Under the pieces are notes generated by a model. That model was given only the letters and a program-made list of their open reading frames with translations. It had not been told where the DNA came from and did not search any database. The translations under genes and the position numbers were made by a program. A DNA stretch of 64,000 nucleotides from a bacterium (GTDB lineage: Bacteria > Joyebacterota > Joyebacteria > Joyebacterales > Joyebacteraceae). Location: NCBI GenBank assembly GCA_025782395.1, contig JALGZD010000218.1, forward strand, positions 87,556-151,555, given 5' to 3'. Shown here in pieces: positions 29,552-42,253 of this stretch; the stretch's first letter is position 1, and every line of letters starts with the position of its first letter.

Positions 29552-30178
29552 CTACGACACCTTCTCGAGCACCGTAGCCATCGCGTCTCCGGCAAGACGG
29601 TCGGCCCTTTCCGTCATCTCATTCAGAGCGGCCCGCGCCTTCTCAACGAACACAGCGTGCCGTTCGGCCCGGATGCCGCCGAGATTGATGAGCACGTTCA
29701 GGCGTGCCGCGTGGGCACCGGCTCGGCCGTTCAGCGCCGCTACTCCTGCGTCGGAGACAGCGTTTACGTTCCCCTTCTCGGCAACAGTGACAGACAGCTC
29801 GATGACTTCCACGCACTTACTCATGACCGCGAGAGGAACGCTGGCGGCATCCACGAGGCTGTCCTGGAGCGCCGCCTTCCTTGCCGCCTTCTCCTCGTCG
29901 GTTTCCTTGGGAAGCTTCATCGCAGCCATCACCTTGTCGAAGGCTGCCGCGTCTTCATCGATCAGCTGGGTCAGCTCCAGACGAAGCCGTTCCGTCTCCT
30001 TCAGGACGCGCTTCAGGTCTTCCTCAACATCCACATACTTCTTCTTGCCGATCGTGAGATTGCAGACCATCGAACAGAGTGAGGCTCCGACGGCGCCCGA
30101 GAGCGCTGCGACGCTGCCTCCGCCCGGTGTCGGCGAATCTGAAGCAAGCTCTGCCAGAAAATCGTTCACTGCACTCAT
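29552..30178 (-). CDS. formimidoyltetrahydrofolate cyclodeaminase / methenyl-THF cyclohydrolase family protein (FTCD C-domain-like, stand-alone)
   Basis: 208 aa. SPTPGGGSVAALSGAVGASL is the hallmark N-terminal motif of the cyclodeaminase/cyclohydrolase family. Confidence 0.75.
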   Translation of the reverse strand: MSAVNDFLAELASDSPTPGGGSVAALSGAVGASLCSMVCNLTIGKKKYVDVEEDLKRVLKETERLRLELTQLIDEDAAAFDKVMAAMKLPKETDEEKAARKAALQDSLVDAASVPLAVMSKCVEVIELSVTVAEKGNVNAVSDAGVAALNGRAGAHAARLNVLINLGGIRAERHAVFVEKARAALNEMTERADRLAGDAMATVLEKVS

Positions 30179-30192
30179 CGGACCTCCAGTTC

Positions 30193-31092
30193 TTACTTTT
30201 CGGAAAGACGGTTCTCCAGGATCTGGTTGCGATCGAAATCCTCGAGCCTCAGAAAGAAATCGGCACAGTCAGCGAGTGCATCGAGCGGCACCAGCCCGAC
30301 TATCTCGCTTCCTATGATCGGAACGCCATACCGCTCCGCCTCGCTCTTCACGAGCTGGAAGACACGGAACAGCGGTGTCCCTTTGTAGTGCACCATGTTC
30401 ATCGAGACCTGAACGATGCCGCGGTCCTTGATCTCAAAGCCCATGGCCTTGACATACCTGAGCCCCCCGCCCGCATGCCGTATGGACTTCGCGATCCGCT
30501 TGGCGATCGTGATGTCGTCGGTTCCAAGGTTGATGTTGAACGCCACAAGGAATTCCCGTGCCCCGATAGCTATCGCGCCCGCGGTTGGATGTATCCTGTT
30601 CGGACCGAAGTCGGGCTCCTTGGCCGGGTTCGTCCCGATCTCGTCCCTGAGCCCCTCGAACTGGCCTTTTCTGACCTTGGCAAGATTCTGTCGCGTCGGG
30701 CGAGTCGCCGCCGCCTCGTAGAGGAAGACGGGGATATCCAACTCGCTGCCCACTCTCTCGCCGAGTTTCTTCGCCAGCTCGACACACTCATCCATCGTGA
30801 CGTCACTGACCGGCACGAATGGGCAGACGTCTGTCGCTCCCATGCGCGGATGCTCTCCTTCATGCTTCGTCAGATCGATAAGATCCCGCGCCTTCTCTAT
30901 CCCTTTGAACACCCCTTCCAGAATCACATCGGGGTCGCCGATAATCGTGACGACCGCCCGATTGTGATCCGCGTCCATCTCCCTGTCCAGAAGTCTCACT
31001 CCTTCAACGGCCGTCATCGCTCCGACGATCTCGTCGAGAACCTCGGGACGTCGCCCCTCGCTGAAGTTCGGGACACACTCAACAAGCCTCAT
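30193..31092 (-). CDS. glutamate formimidoyltransferase (FTCD N-domain-like)
   Basis: 299 aa. MRLVECVPNFSEGRR canonical N-terminus of formiminotransferase. Confidence 0.8.
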   Translation of the reverse strand: MRLVECVPNFSEGRRPEVLDEIVGAMTAVEGVRLLDREMDADHNRAVVTIIGDPDVILEGVFKGIEKARDLIDLTKHEGEHPRMGATDVCPFVPVSDVTMDECVELAKKLGERVGSELDIPVFLYEAAATRPTRQNLAKVRKGQFEGLRDEIGTNPAKEPDFGPNRIHPTAGAIAIGAREFLVAFNINLGTDDITIAKRIAKSIRHAGGGLRYVKAMGFEIKDRGIVQVSMNMVHYKGTPLFRVFQLVKSEAERYGVPIIGSEIVGLVPLDALADCADFFLRLEDFDRNQILENRLSEK

Positions 31093-31143
31093 TGGTTACC
31101 TCCATTTTGAGAGCACGCCGCCACAGGCGATCCTGACCGCCTC

Positions 31144-32418
31144 CTACGCACCGTGACCGCGTGTTGACACAACCGTTCCGCGCTTGACGACGCTCGCCGC
31201 CAGATTCACACCGTAGTGGTAGGGGATCGCCCTGTAGTCGTCTACCTCCCAGAGAACCAGATCGCAGAGCTTGCCCACGGCCAGCGATCCGACGCTCCTC
31301 TCCATGCCCACAGCACTTGCGGCGTTGATCGTAGCGGCCACCAGGACCTCTTCCGGGGTCATGCGCATCACCATCGACGCCAGGGCCATTATGATCTGCA
31401 TCGATTCAGTCATGGAGCTTCCCGGGTTGCAGTCGGTGGCAAGCGCAATCGCCCCGCCCGCTTCGATGATGAACCTCGCCCGTGCGAATTCCCTCTTCCC
31501 CAACGAGAGCGTCGTGCCCGGCAGGAGCACCGCCACAACCCCACCGTCAGCCATCGCCTTCAGTCCCTCATCCGACGCACAGATAAGGTGATCCGCCGAG
31601 ACTGCGGAAAGCTCCGCGGCAAGTTCAGCGCCACCAAAAGCGCTGAGTTCATCGGCGTGGAGCTTCGAGGCCATTCCGTGCTCCTGCGCCGCCAGCAGAA
31701 CTGCCCGCGACTGCTCGACGGAGAAGACACCACGCTCGCAGAAGACGTCGCAGAAGCGCGCCAGCTTCGCGCGAGCGACCGCAGGTATCATCCGCCGGGT
31801 GAGCTCCGAGACGTATCCATCGCGATCCTCGCGGTACTCATCGGGGAACTCGTGAGCCCCGAGAAACGTCGGAACGACGTCGAGCGCGTGAAGCTCGGAC
31901 AGCCTGGCGATGACGCGAAGCATCTTGAGCTCAGCCTCGAGAGAGAGACCGTAGCCGCTCTTCACCTCGACGGTCGTCGTCCCGAACTCCATCATCCTGT
32001 CGAGCGTCGCAGCACCTCGAGAGAAGAGCTCATCCTCCGACATCTGACGAACGCTCCGCACGCTTGAGCGAATTCCGCCTCCGGCCTCTGCGATATCCTC
32101 GTAGCTTCTGCCCTCGACGCGCATCGCGAATTCGTTCTCCCGCGTTCGTGCGAAGACGGCGTGTGTGTGCGGATCAACCAGCCCCGGCGTCACAACACGG
32201 CCCCCGGCGTCCAGCTCCGCTGTCCCGGGACCGGCCGAGACCGTATCCAAGACCTCGCTCTCGGACCCGAGCGCCACTATACGACCACCCAGGGCCGCGA
32301 TGGCCCCGGACTCCACGATCCCGAGTTCGCTCATCGCTCCACCGGTTCGCGGAGCATCAGCTCCTCGTACGGTAACGAGCTGACCTATGTCAGTGACCAG
32401 AAGGTCTGCCTCCAGCAT
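31144..32418 (-). CDS. hutI: imidazolonepropionase
   Basis: Amidohydrolase fold with HutI motifs (DPHTH, ...HADE...). The true start is ATG at about 32418 (AGCGAGGGAG ribosome-binding site 5 nt upstream); the listed ORF begins at an upstream GTG. Confidence 0.85.
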   Translation of the reverse strand: MLEADLLVTDIGQLVTVRGADAPRTGGAMSELGIVESGAIAALGGRIVALGSESEVLDTVSAGPGTAELDAGGRVVTPGLVDPHTHAVFARTRENEFAMRVEGRSYEDIAEAGGGIRSSVRSVRQMSEDELFSRGAATLDRMMEFGTTTVEVKSGYGLSLEAELKMLRVIARLSELHALDVVPTFLGAHEFPDEYREDRDGYVSELTRRMIPAVARAKLARFCDVFCERGVFSVEQSRAVLLAAQEHGMASKLHADELSAFGGAELAAELSAVSADHLICASDEGLKAMADGGVVAVLLPGTTLSLGKREFARARFIIEAGGAIALATDCNPGSSMTESMQIIMALASMVMRMTPEEVLVAATINAASAVGMERSVGSLAVGKLCDLVLWEVDDYRAIPYHYGVNLAASVVKRGTVVSTRGHGA

Positions 32419-32431
32419 GAGGACTCCCTCG

Positions 32432-34099
32432 CTATGCACTGTCGAGCATCGGGATCCTGATCCCTTTCTCGGCAGCGAACTCGATTGCCTCCTCGTATCC
32501 GGCGTCCGCGTGCCTCACGATGCCGGTTCCCGGATCCGTCGTAAGGACTCTCTCGAGGCGCCGGGCGGCCTCGGGCGTGCCGTCGGCGACTATGACCATG
32601 CCGGCGTGAAGCGACTTGCCGATGCCGACGCCGCCGCCGTGGTGGAACGATATCCACGTCGCCCCGCCGACTGCGTTAAGAAGCGCATTGAGAACAGGCC
32701 AGTCCGCGATCGCGTCGCTTCCGTCCTTCATGGCCTCGGTCTCACGATAGGGCGAAGCCACGGAACCGCTGTCCAGATGATCCCGCCCGATCACGATGGG
32801 TGCTCCTATCTCGCCGGACGCGACCATGTCATTGATGATCCGCCCGAAGCGGGCCCTCTCCCCGTAGCCGAGCCAGCAGATGCGGGACGGGAGACCCTGG
32901 AACGTGACTCGCTCGCGCGCGAGCTTGATCCAGCGCACGAGAGCTTCGTCCTCAGGGAATTCCCTCATTATCACCTCATCCGTCTTGTAGATGTCCTCGG
33001 GGTCTCCCGAAAGAGCCACCCAGCGAAACGGCCCCTTCCCCGTGCAAAAGAGCGGGCGGATGTAGGCGGGCACAAAACCCGGATAGTCGAACGCGTTTTT
33101 CACGCCCGCCGACATGGCCTGTCCCCTCAGGTTGTTCCCGTAGTCGAACGCCACGGCGCCGCGCTCCTGCATCGTGAGGATCGCTCTCACGTGCTCGGCC
33201 ATCGATTTCATGGAAAGCTCCATGTACCGGTCGGGATCGCTCTCCCTCAAAGCAAGCGCCTTATCGAGCGCCATCCCGCCGGGGACGTAACCGTTCAGCG
33301 AATCGTGAGCCGACGTCTGGTCGGTGACCACATCAGGGGTCACCCCACGCCGCACAAGCTCGGGGAGCACGTCTGCACAGTTGCCGATCAAACCGACCGA
33401 GAGCGGCTCACGCGCGGCGACTGCGGTGTTGACCAACTTCAGCGCTTCGTCGAGATCGTCGGTCATGCGGTCGCAGTAGTTGCCGTCAAGACGCTTCTGA
33501 ATCCGCTCCGGGTCCACCTCAACATCCAGGCAGACTCCGCCGTTCATGGTCACCGCGAGAGGCTGAGCGCCCCCCATTCCTCCCATACCACCTGTGAGAA
33601 CGAGGCGTCCCGAGAGATCGCTGCCGAAATGCTGTCTCGCGAGCTCGACCAGTGTTTCGTAGGTACCCTGAAGAATCCCCTGGGTGCCGATATAGATCCA
33701 GCTCCCCGCCGTCATCTGGCCGTACATGATGAGACCCTGGCGTTCCAGCTCACGGAATTGCTCCCACGTCGCCCAATCCCCGACCAGGTTCGAGTTCGCG
33801 ATAAGTACCCTGGGCGCGTTCTCGTGGGTCTTGAAGACCCCGACCGGTCTGCCCGACTGAACAAGCAGTGTCTCGTCGGACTCGAGCTCAAGCAGGGTCC
33901 GCACGATCGCATCGTACGCATCCCAGCTCCTGGCCGCTTTCCCGGTTCCGCCGTAGACGACCAGCTCGTCGGGGTTCTCCGCCACCTCAGGGTCGAGGTT
34001 ATTCATGAGCATCCGCATCGCGGCCTCCTGCAACCATCCTTTGCAGGAGAGCGTGGACCCGCGCGGGGCCTTGATACTTCCTCTCGCATTCCCGTTCAT
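32432..34099 (-). CDS. hutU: urocanate hydratase
   Basis: 555 aa. [33 protein letters not shown]...[10 protein letters not shown] canonical urocanase. Confidence 0.9.
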   Translation of the reverse strand: MNGNARGSIKAPRGSTLSCKGWLQEAAMRMLMNNLDPEVAENPDELVVYGGTGKAARSWDAYDAIVRTLLELESDETLLVQSGRPVGVFKTHENAPRVLIANSNLVGDWATWEQFRELERQGLIMYGQMTAGSWIYIGTQGILQGTYETLVELARQHFGSDLSGRLVLTGGMGGMGGAQPLAVTMNGGVCLDVEVDPERIQKRLDGNYCDRMTDDLDEALKLVNTAVAAREPLSVGLIGNCADVLPELVRRGVTPDVVTDQTSAHDSLNGYVPGGMALDKALALRESDPDRYMELSMKSMAEHVRAILTMQERGAVAFDYGNNLRGQAMSAGVKNAFDYPGFVPAYIRPLFCTGKGPFRWVALSGDPEDIYKTDEVIMREFPEDEALVRWIKLARERVTFQGLPSRICWLGYGERARFGRIINDMVASGEIGAPIVIGRDHLDSGSVASPYRETEAMKDGSDAIADWPVLNALLNAVGGATWISFHHGGGVGIGKSLHAGMVIVADGTPEAARRLERVLTTDPGTGIVRHADAGYEEAIEFAAEKGIRIPMLDSA

Positions 34100-36969
34100 G
34101 ACCGATTACCTCCAGCTGTCTCAGTGCAAACGTGCAGTCCTTCGACCGCGGACATAAGCTCCGATTCGCAGCTTGCGACTATCACGCGCGTCGGAAGCTG
34201 ATCCAGAAGGCGCGGACCGTAGGATTTGCCATCGAGTCTGCTATCGAGAAACACCACCGCCCCGGTGTCGGTCGTCGAGCGAATCAGGCGGCCGAAACCC
34301 TGCCTGAGACCTATCGCCGTCCGCGGGACCATGTACTTGTCGAATGAGCGTTCACCGTCCTGTTCGTATCGTTCACAGTGCGCCTGTATGACCGGATCGG
34401 ACGGAACCGGGAACGGGAGTTTGACGATGATCAAGAGCTCGAGCGAACGGCCGGGCACATCAACTCCCTCCCAGAAACTGCTCGTCGCAAGGAGAACAGA
34501 GTCGATGTTTCGCGCGAACTCGTTCAGGAGCACAGACGGCGCCCCACCGTGACCCTGTGCGAGGATCAGTTTGCCGGAGCCGGCCAGCTTGCCCCGCACC
34601 TCCTCGAAGACCGCGTTGAGTGCCGCCCTCGACGTGAAAAGGACGAGAGTGCCGCCTGCGGCGGGCTTCGCCAGCTTGACGACGAGATCACTGACAACAT
34701 GATTGAAACCGGGCGACGATGGCGGGTTCAGATAGCCGGCCACAACGGCCAGCGCCTGCGCATCGTAGTCGTACGGGCTCCCGACGTCGAGTGTCAGCAC
34801 CTTCCAGTCGGGGAGTTGATCCAGGCCAAGTCTCTCGAACAGGAAATCGAACGACCCATCTACCGTGAGAGTCGCCGATGTCATCACGAGCGATTCGACT
34901 TTCGAATAGAGGAAGTCCCCCATTTTCTCCGCAACGCTCACCGGCGCGCACCGCAGTTCGCACTCCAGATGATCCCGGAACGAACGGACCTCAAGCCAGA
35001 ACACGCTGTCAGGATCCTCTGCCCCGGCGAGATAACTGAGATCGTCGGCCAATCCACCGATGCGGGCAGCCTCGAACTCCAGATTCTGGAAGACGGAGTC
35101 GACCCGTTCCACGCCGGAATCGGCAATGAGATCTCCGAGCGCCGCGACCGAGTTCCCGGCACGCGCGAGCCCCGATGTCGCATCGGCGAGCTCTTCCGGG
35201 ACGATGCCCGAGATCGAGCTTCCAGGCCGATACCTCAGCTTGCCGTACTCGACGGCCCTTCCCGCGTTGAGCTTGACGTGCGCGGTCGACAGAACCCTGA
35301 AGAAAAGCTCCACGGCTCGCCGGGCGTCTTCTACCTCGTCTCTCAGACGCTCGGCCGCTGCTCTGGCCGCTGACAGCATCCCACCGTCTTCCTGTCCCGA
35401 GAGCTCCGCAAGGATATCGACCACGATCCCGGTGTCCACGCCGTCGCTCCGGTAGACTCCATCGAGCACCGTGCGTGCTCTCCAGACGTTCGCTCGTCGC
35501 CCCAGGTGTTCGGTGGCGACACGCTCAAGATTGTGGGCCTCATCGCAGATGAGATACGAGTAGTCGCCCAGAACCCTGTTGTCGGTCTCGCTGTCGCTGA
35601 AGAGAAGCGAGTGATTGATGATAACGATGTGCGCGGCCTGGGACGCCCGTCGCGCCTGCATCAGATAGCACTTATCGTTCATCGGGCACTTCTGTCCCAT
35701 GCACGGCCCACCGTCTGCGGAGACCTTGCTCCAGAGATAGCCGTAGCGTCTGACGGGAACCGCCTCGCTGACGTCGCCGGAGCGCGTCTCGGCCTCCCAG
35801 AGAACGAGCGGCAGAAGAACCGAACGCTCCTGCGGGGAAAGGCTGCGTTCGGAGAGCTGCACCCACCTCCGCCGGCAGAGGTAGTTGCCCCGCCCTTTGA
35901 GAAGCGAGACGCTGAACCTGAGATCGAGCGCATCCTCAAGAAAGGGAACGTCCTTGTTGAAGAGCTGCTCCTGGAGATTCTTCGTGTTCGTCGAGACAAT
36001 GACACGCTCGCCATTCATCACGGCAAAGTGTGCCGCCGGGACAAGATAGGCCAGAGATTTTCCGACGCCCGTTCCTGCCTCGACCACGAGGTCGATGCCG
36101 CTATTGAAAGAATCGCCGACTGCTCGCATCATCTCCAGCTGTTCGCGTCGCTCCTCGTATCCGGGAAGCCTGGATGCTATCGGCCCGTTCTCCTCGAATA
36201 CCGCCTCGACCATGTCCAGATCGACGCTTAAGTGCTCCTCTCGCGCAACCCTCGTGAACTCCATTCCACGGGCGACGTCGTAGCGCAGAAGTCCGTTTTC
36301 TTTCTCCCCGTGGTCGGGAACTGCGAACGGATCGAGGCGCCCCTCCGATCGGACTCTGGCCGCGTCTATCAGGAGCTTCGTCTGGGGATCCGCGAAAGCC
36401 GACATGCGACTCAGGAGGGCCGAACCGACCTGATCGAGAACACCCAGGAGAGCGACGAGCAGAAGAGCGGTAGCGCCGGCGTCGTCCCCAGCGCGGTGTG
36501 CTCTCGCGAGATCGATATCGAAGAAGGCCGCGAGCGTGGTCAGGCGGTGATTATCGAGTCTCGGAACGAGAGCGCGTCCGACAGTGAGCGTGTCGAACAC
36601 TCCCGCGCCACCCATGAGGAACTCAGGTCTGTTGTCGGCCGCCCTTGCGAGAAAGCCGATGTCGAACGGCGCGTTGTGGGCGACGAGGGGCGCGTCGCCT
36701 ACAAACTCGATGAGGTCAGGAAGCACCTCATCGATCCCGGGAGCGCCGGCCACATCCTCGTCCGTGATGCCCGTGAGGTAGACCACGTCCGCGGGGATGG
36801 AAATACCGGGATTGACAAGAGCCTCAAAGCGCCCATCGATCTTCCCGTCCGTAACGCGGACCGCACCGATTTCAATGATGCGGTCGTGCTGCGGCTCAAG
36901 CCCGGTCGTCTCCAGATCTATCCCGACGAAGGTCCGGGGATATCCCTTCGGCCCACTTCCCATCCTCAC
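34096..36969 (-). CDS. dinG: DinG-family ATP-dependent helicase with N-terminal DnaQ-like 3'-5' exonuclease domain
   Basis: 957 aa. Exo I motif [21 protein letters not shown] (Exo III). Then DEAD_2/helicase C motifs ([18 protein letters not shown], 4Cys FeS-like CRRR...C..C). Confidence 0.8.
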   Translation of the reverse strand: MRMGSGPKGYPRTFVGIDLETTGLEPQHDRIIEIGAVRVTDGKIDGRFEALVNPGISIPADVVYLTGITDEDVAGAPGIDEVLPDLIEFVGDAPLVAHNAPFDIGFLARAADNRPEFLMGGAGVFDTLTVGRALVPRLDNHRLTTLAAFFDIDLARAHRAGDDAGATALLLVALLGVLDQVGSALLSRMSAFADPQTKLLIDAARVRSEGRLDPFAVPDHGEKENGLLRYDVARGMEFTRVAREEHLSVDLDMVEAVFEENGPIASRLPGYEERREQLEMMRAVGDSFNSGIDLVVEAGTGVGKSLAYLVPAAHFAVMNGERVIVSTNTKNLQEQLFNKDVPFLEDALDLRFSVSLLKGRGNYLCRRRWVQLSERSLSPQERSVLLPLVLWEAETRSGDVSEAVPVRRYGYLWSKVSADGGPCMGQKCPMNDKCYLMQARRASQAAHIVIINHSLLFSDSETDNRVLGDYSYLICDEAHNLERVATEHLGRRANVWRARTVLDGVYRSDGVDTGIVVDILAELSGQEDGGMLSAARAAAERLRDEVEDARRAVELFFRVLSTAHVKLNAGRAVEYGKLRYRPGSSISGIVPEELADATSGLARAGNSVAALGDLIADSGVERVDSVFQNLEFEAARIGGLADDLSYLAGAEDPDSVFWLEVRSFRDHLECELRCAPVSVAEKMGDFLYSKVESLVMTSATLTVDGSFDFLFERLGLDQLPDWKVLTLDVGSPYDYDAQALAVVAGYLNPPSSPGFNHVVSDLVVKLAKPAAGGTLVLFTSRAALNAVFEEVRGKLAGSGKLILAQGHGGAPSVLLNEFARNIDSVLLATSSFWEGVDVPGRSLELLIIVKLPFPVPSDPVIQAHCERYEQDGERSFDKYMVPRTAIGLRQGFGRLIRSTTDTGAVVFLDSRLDGKSYGPRLLDQLPTRVIVASCESELMSAVEGLHVCTETAGGNRS

Positions 36970-38255
36970 TCACCCTCCTTCTCCCGGACGTCCGTCATCT
37001 TCTTGACGGCGCAGAATTCACCACACATAGAGCACAGGCTCTCATCCGAGGGAAGCGCCGCGTCGCGGGAAGCCTTCGCCTTGTCCCTGTCCAGACAGAG
37101 ATCCATCATGGTGTCCCAGTCCAACGCCTTGCGGGCAGCGGAGAACCTGTCGTCCCAATCGCGTGCGCCACGCACGCCCTTGGCTATGTCGGCCGCGTGA
37201 GCAGCCAGACGGAACGTGTAGACGCCCTCCCGGACATCGTCCACATCCGGAAGCCTGAGGTGCTCGGCCGCGGTCACGTAGCAGAGGAAATCGGCGCCGG
37301 CCATGGCGATCACTGCGCCCCCGATCGCTGCCCCGATGTGATCGTAGCCCGGTGCGATGTCGGTGACCAGCGGTCCGAGGACGTAGAACGGGGCCTCATC
37401 ACAGAGCGATTTCTCGAGCTCGACTGACGACGCCACCAGGTTGAGAGGTACATGACCCGGCCCCTCGACGATGGTCTGGACATCTCTCGCGCGCGCTCTC
37501 TGCACGAGCTCGGAGATAACCGTGAGCTCGGCTATCTGCGCAGCGTCGTTGGCGTCGGCAAGGGCGCCCGGCCTGAGGCCGTCGCCGAGGCTGATCGTAG
37601 CATCGTATTCGGCCGTGATATCCAGCAGTTCATCGTACCGTTCGTACAACGGGTTCTCCTTGCCGTTGCAGGACATCCACTCCATCAGAAATGACCCGCC
37701 GCGACTGACGACGTCCGCCAGTCTGTGCGACCGGCGGCAGTGCTCCGCAACCTCCCTCGTAACGCCGCAGTGAACGGTGACGAAGTCGACGCCGTCCCTG
37801 AGGTGATCCTCCACAGCACCGAGTATCTCATCCCCGGTCATGTTGACCATGCCCGCTCCGGAGCGCCGCGCGCGGACGGCCGCCTGATAGATCGGAACCG
37901 TCCCGACCGGCACTGGTGAGCGGTCCACGACCGCCTTCCGGATCGCGTCGAGATCGCCACCGGTAGAAAGATCCATCACCGCATCCGTGCCCGCCTCTAC
38001 TGCCGCATCCACCTTCGCGAGTTCCTCGTCGAGATCCGATGCGTCCGTCGACGTCCCCAGGTTGGCGTTCACCTTCGTCCTGAGACCCTTCCCCACACCT
38101 ACGGGACGGTGGGAATTCGTGTTGTTCTTGAGTATCACTACCTTGCCGGCCGCGACGCCGGCCATGAGTTCCTCAATCGGGACTCCCTCTTCACCGGCGA
38201 CCGACTCGAGTTCCTTTGTTGCGCGGCCCTCCCGGGCCTCTTTCATCACCAGCAT
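36966..38255 (-). CDS. thiC: phosphomethylpyrimidine synthase
   Basis: ThiC core plus C-terminal CSMCGEFC radical-SAM-type cluster motif. The likely start is ATG (MLVMKEAR) at about 38255 behind AGGAGGGGGAGGGGG; the listed ORF extends 10 codons further. Confidence 0.9.
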   Translation of the reverse strand: MLVMKEAREGRATKELESVAGEEGVPIEELMAGVAAGKVVILKNNTNSHRPVGVGKGLRTKVNANLGTSTDASDLDEELAKVDAAVEAGTDAVMDLSTGGDLDAIRKAVVDRSPVPVGTVPIYQAAVRARRSGAGMVNMTGDEILGAVEDHLRDGVDFVTVHCGVTREVAEHCRRSHRLADVVSRGGSFLMEWMSCNGKENPLYERYDELLDITAEYDATISLGDGLRPGALADANDAAQIAELTVISELVQRARARDVQTIVEGPGHVPLNLVASSVELEKSLCDEAPFYVLGPLVTDIAPGYDHIGAAIGGAVIAMAGADFLCYVTAAEHLRLPDVDDVREGVYTFRLAAHAADIAKGVRGARDWDDRFSAARKALDWDTMMDLCLDRDKAKASRDAALPSDESLCSMCGEFCAVKKMTDVREKEGE

Positions 38256-38362
38256 AATCCGCCCCCTCCCCCTCCTGTATCGCATCCGCTGCTGTCAGTT
38301 CGTCGGACCATGAAACCCTCAACGCGCTCATCACAGGCCCGGAACCGCGAACCACACCCGGC

Positions 38363-40423
<2,061 letters not shown>

Positions 40424-40425
40424 TC

Positions 40426-40501
40426 AGAATTCGCGGATCAGACCTACGTGCAGCTTGCCGTCCTAGAATTCGCGGATCAGACCTACGTGCAGCTTGCCGT
40501 C
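40426..40501. repeat. tandem duplication (39-bp period) of the 3' end of the Omp85 gene
   Basis: AGAATTCGCGGATCAGACCTACGTGCAGCTTGCCGTC at 40426-40462 and 40465-40501. On the minus strand both copies encode DGKLHVGLIREF followed by a stop (TGA in the distal copy, TAG in the copy that terminates the gene). Confidence 0.85.
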
Positions 40502-42253
40502 GAGGAGGCTGTCACCCTCACCCAGTCCGTAGTCAATTGCGATTGTACCCAAGCGTGTTTGGCCCCGCAACCCGATTCCGTACCCCAGCTTCGTACCCTT
40601 CGCGAAACCGGGACTCTGCCTGTAGAAGTAACCCGCATCGACGAAAACTATCGCCCTCGAAGTCCGCCCAAGCAGAAAGCGGTACTCGATACTGCCGAGC
40701 GCCACCCGGGAGCCACGGAACTGCTCCTCTCTGTAGCCACGCAGGCTGTTCGCGCCGCCGAGCGTGATCTGTTCGTGGAGCGGTATCTCATCCCGGCTCG
40801 AAGCCATCCCGGTGAGTTCAGCGCGCACGGAGATCACCTGAGCCTCCCGGGTCCGGATCAGGATCTCGCAGTCGATCATCAGTGTGCCTGTCCTGTAATG
40901 TTCCTGGCCCTCCCGCACCTCCTGGTCGCGATACTCGAGTCTTCCACCCACGCGGGCGCCCCGGCGTGGATTCAGCACCTCGTCCCGTGCGTCATATCCA
41001 GCCTCGATGGCCGTTCTGTAACCTTCTGTGGTCGACTCCTCCGGCCCTCCGGGCACATATCGCTCACTGCCGACCGACCAGGTGACAGTCGTGCGCGGGC
41101 CGAAACGCGCCGACACAAAGAGGTCCGCCTCCATTGTCGTGTAGAGCGTATCTCGTATCACCTGCTCGCCGCGGACCCCGACGTTGATCGGCGCGCCGAA
41201 GAGCCACGGTTCCTCGTATCTGAAGGTGATGCGGTCATGTCTGGACTGCAGCCGCTCCCACGACGCTGCCGCTTTCCGACCTGTGCCGGCTATGTTTCCG
41301 AGATATATGTCGACCAGCCCGGTGAACTCCCCCCCACCGTCCGGGGCGGGAGCGTATCCAAGAAGACCGGATACGCTGTTCACAGGACGCTCGGATACGA
41401 CAATGCCCACGGCCGCGCTCCCGGTCGCAGGATCGACCACGACGACCGGCTCCTGAACGTCTGAGAATATCCCGAGTCGCTCAAGCCGGGGACGGACGGC
41501 CTCCAGTATTCGCGCATCGTAGGCCCGTCCGGGGATGATCCCGGTCTCCCGGACAATCACTTCGCCGTGCGTCAGATCATTTCCGGAGAGAAACACCTGT
41601 CCGAAACGAGTGGCCAGGTTCTCGTGGACGCCCAGCTCCAGCGTAGGGCGTTCACCTCTCCGGGCAACCGAGATCCCGGGAGTAACGGCTGCAAAGGGAC
41701 GGCCGGTCGCAGCGTACCAGTCCAGGATCGAGTAGACATCGTCCTCAAGCGACATCAGGCTGAGCACATCTCCAGAACCGAGCTCCATCTGTCGCCTGAC
41801 CGCCGCCTCGTGCACCTCGTCTACACCCGTCAGGCGAACGACGTCCAGCCTGCCATCGGGACCTTCGTCTATCTCCACACGGACCAGAAGACCATCGGGG
41901 CCGTTCATCCAGTCCATCTCCACTCGACCGAATGGACGGCCGCGCATGACGAGCAGCGCGAGGAGCGAATCGGCTCCTGCGCGGGCGTGCGCAATGTCGA
42001 ACACGTCGCCGGGTCCGAGATCGAGCGCCTTCACAGCTTCTCGGCGACTCACGCTCTCGTAGCCTTCGATCTCGACGCGCGCGATCACGATGCTGGTGGA
42101 GGCCTCGACGCCGACGGATGAGTCGGACGCCTCCACATGAGCCCCGAATCCGAGAAGCGAACAAAACAGCGCGGCGACGATCACGCGCCCATACAGCGGG
42201 CGGCGTCTCTCGACCACCGAGTTCAGACTTCCTGCTGTGCTAGAAGAACGCAT
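40463..42253 (-). CDS. Omp85-family outer membrane protein (POTRA repeats plus surface-antigen D15 barrel; TamA/TpsB-sized)
   Basis: 596 aa. Signal peptide. C-terminal beta-signal ...GKLHVGLIREF with terminal Phe. Barrel motif region GANSLRGY. Start overlaps the upstream 1137-aa gene by 14 bp. Confidence 0.7.
   Translation of the reverse strand: MRSSSTAGSLNSVVERRRPLYGRVIVAALFCSLLGFGAHVEASDSSVGVEASTSIVIARVEIEGYESVSRREAVKALDLGPGDVFDIAHARAGADSLLALLVMRGRPFGRVEMDWMNGPDGLLVRVEIDEGPDGRLDVVRLTGVDEVHEAAVRRQMELGSGDVLSLMSLEDDVYSILDWYAATGRPFAAVTPGISVARRGERPTLELGVHENLATRFGQVFLSGNDLTHGEVIVRETGIIPGRAYDARILEAVRPRLERLGIFSDVQEPVVVVDPATGSAAVGIVVSERPVNSVSGLLGYAPAPDGGGEFTGLVDIYLGNIAGTGRKAAASWERLQSRHDRITFRYEEPWLFGAPINVGVRGEQVIRDTLYTTMEADLFVSARFGPRTTVTWSVGSERYVPGGPEESTTEGYRTAIEAGYDARDEVLNPRRGARVGGRLEYRDQEVREGQEHYRTGTLMIDCEILIRTREAQVISVRAELTGMASSRDEIPLHEQITLGGANSLRGYREEQFRGSRVALGSIEYRFLLGRTSRAIVFVDAGYFYRQSPGFAKGTKLGYGIGLRGQTRLGTIAIDYGLGEGDSLLDGKLHVGLIREF

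Noticed and set aside
38256-38362. Expected TPP (THI-box) riboswitch in the 107-nt leader between ligA and thiC
   Set aside because: The minus-strand RNA lacks the invariant CUGAGA, ACCUGAUCUGG and GCGUAGGGA elements in the right order. Only a CCGGC-UGA-GCCGG hairpin (likely the ligA terminator) and a strong ribosome-binding site are visible. Worth an Infernal scan, but not supported by eye.
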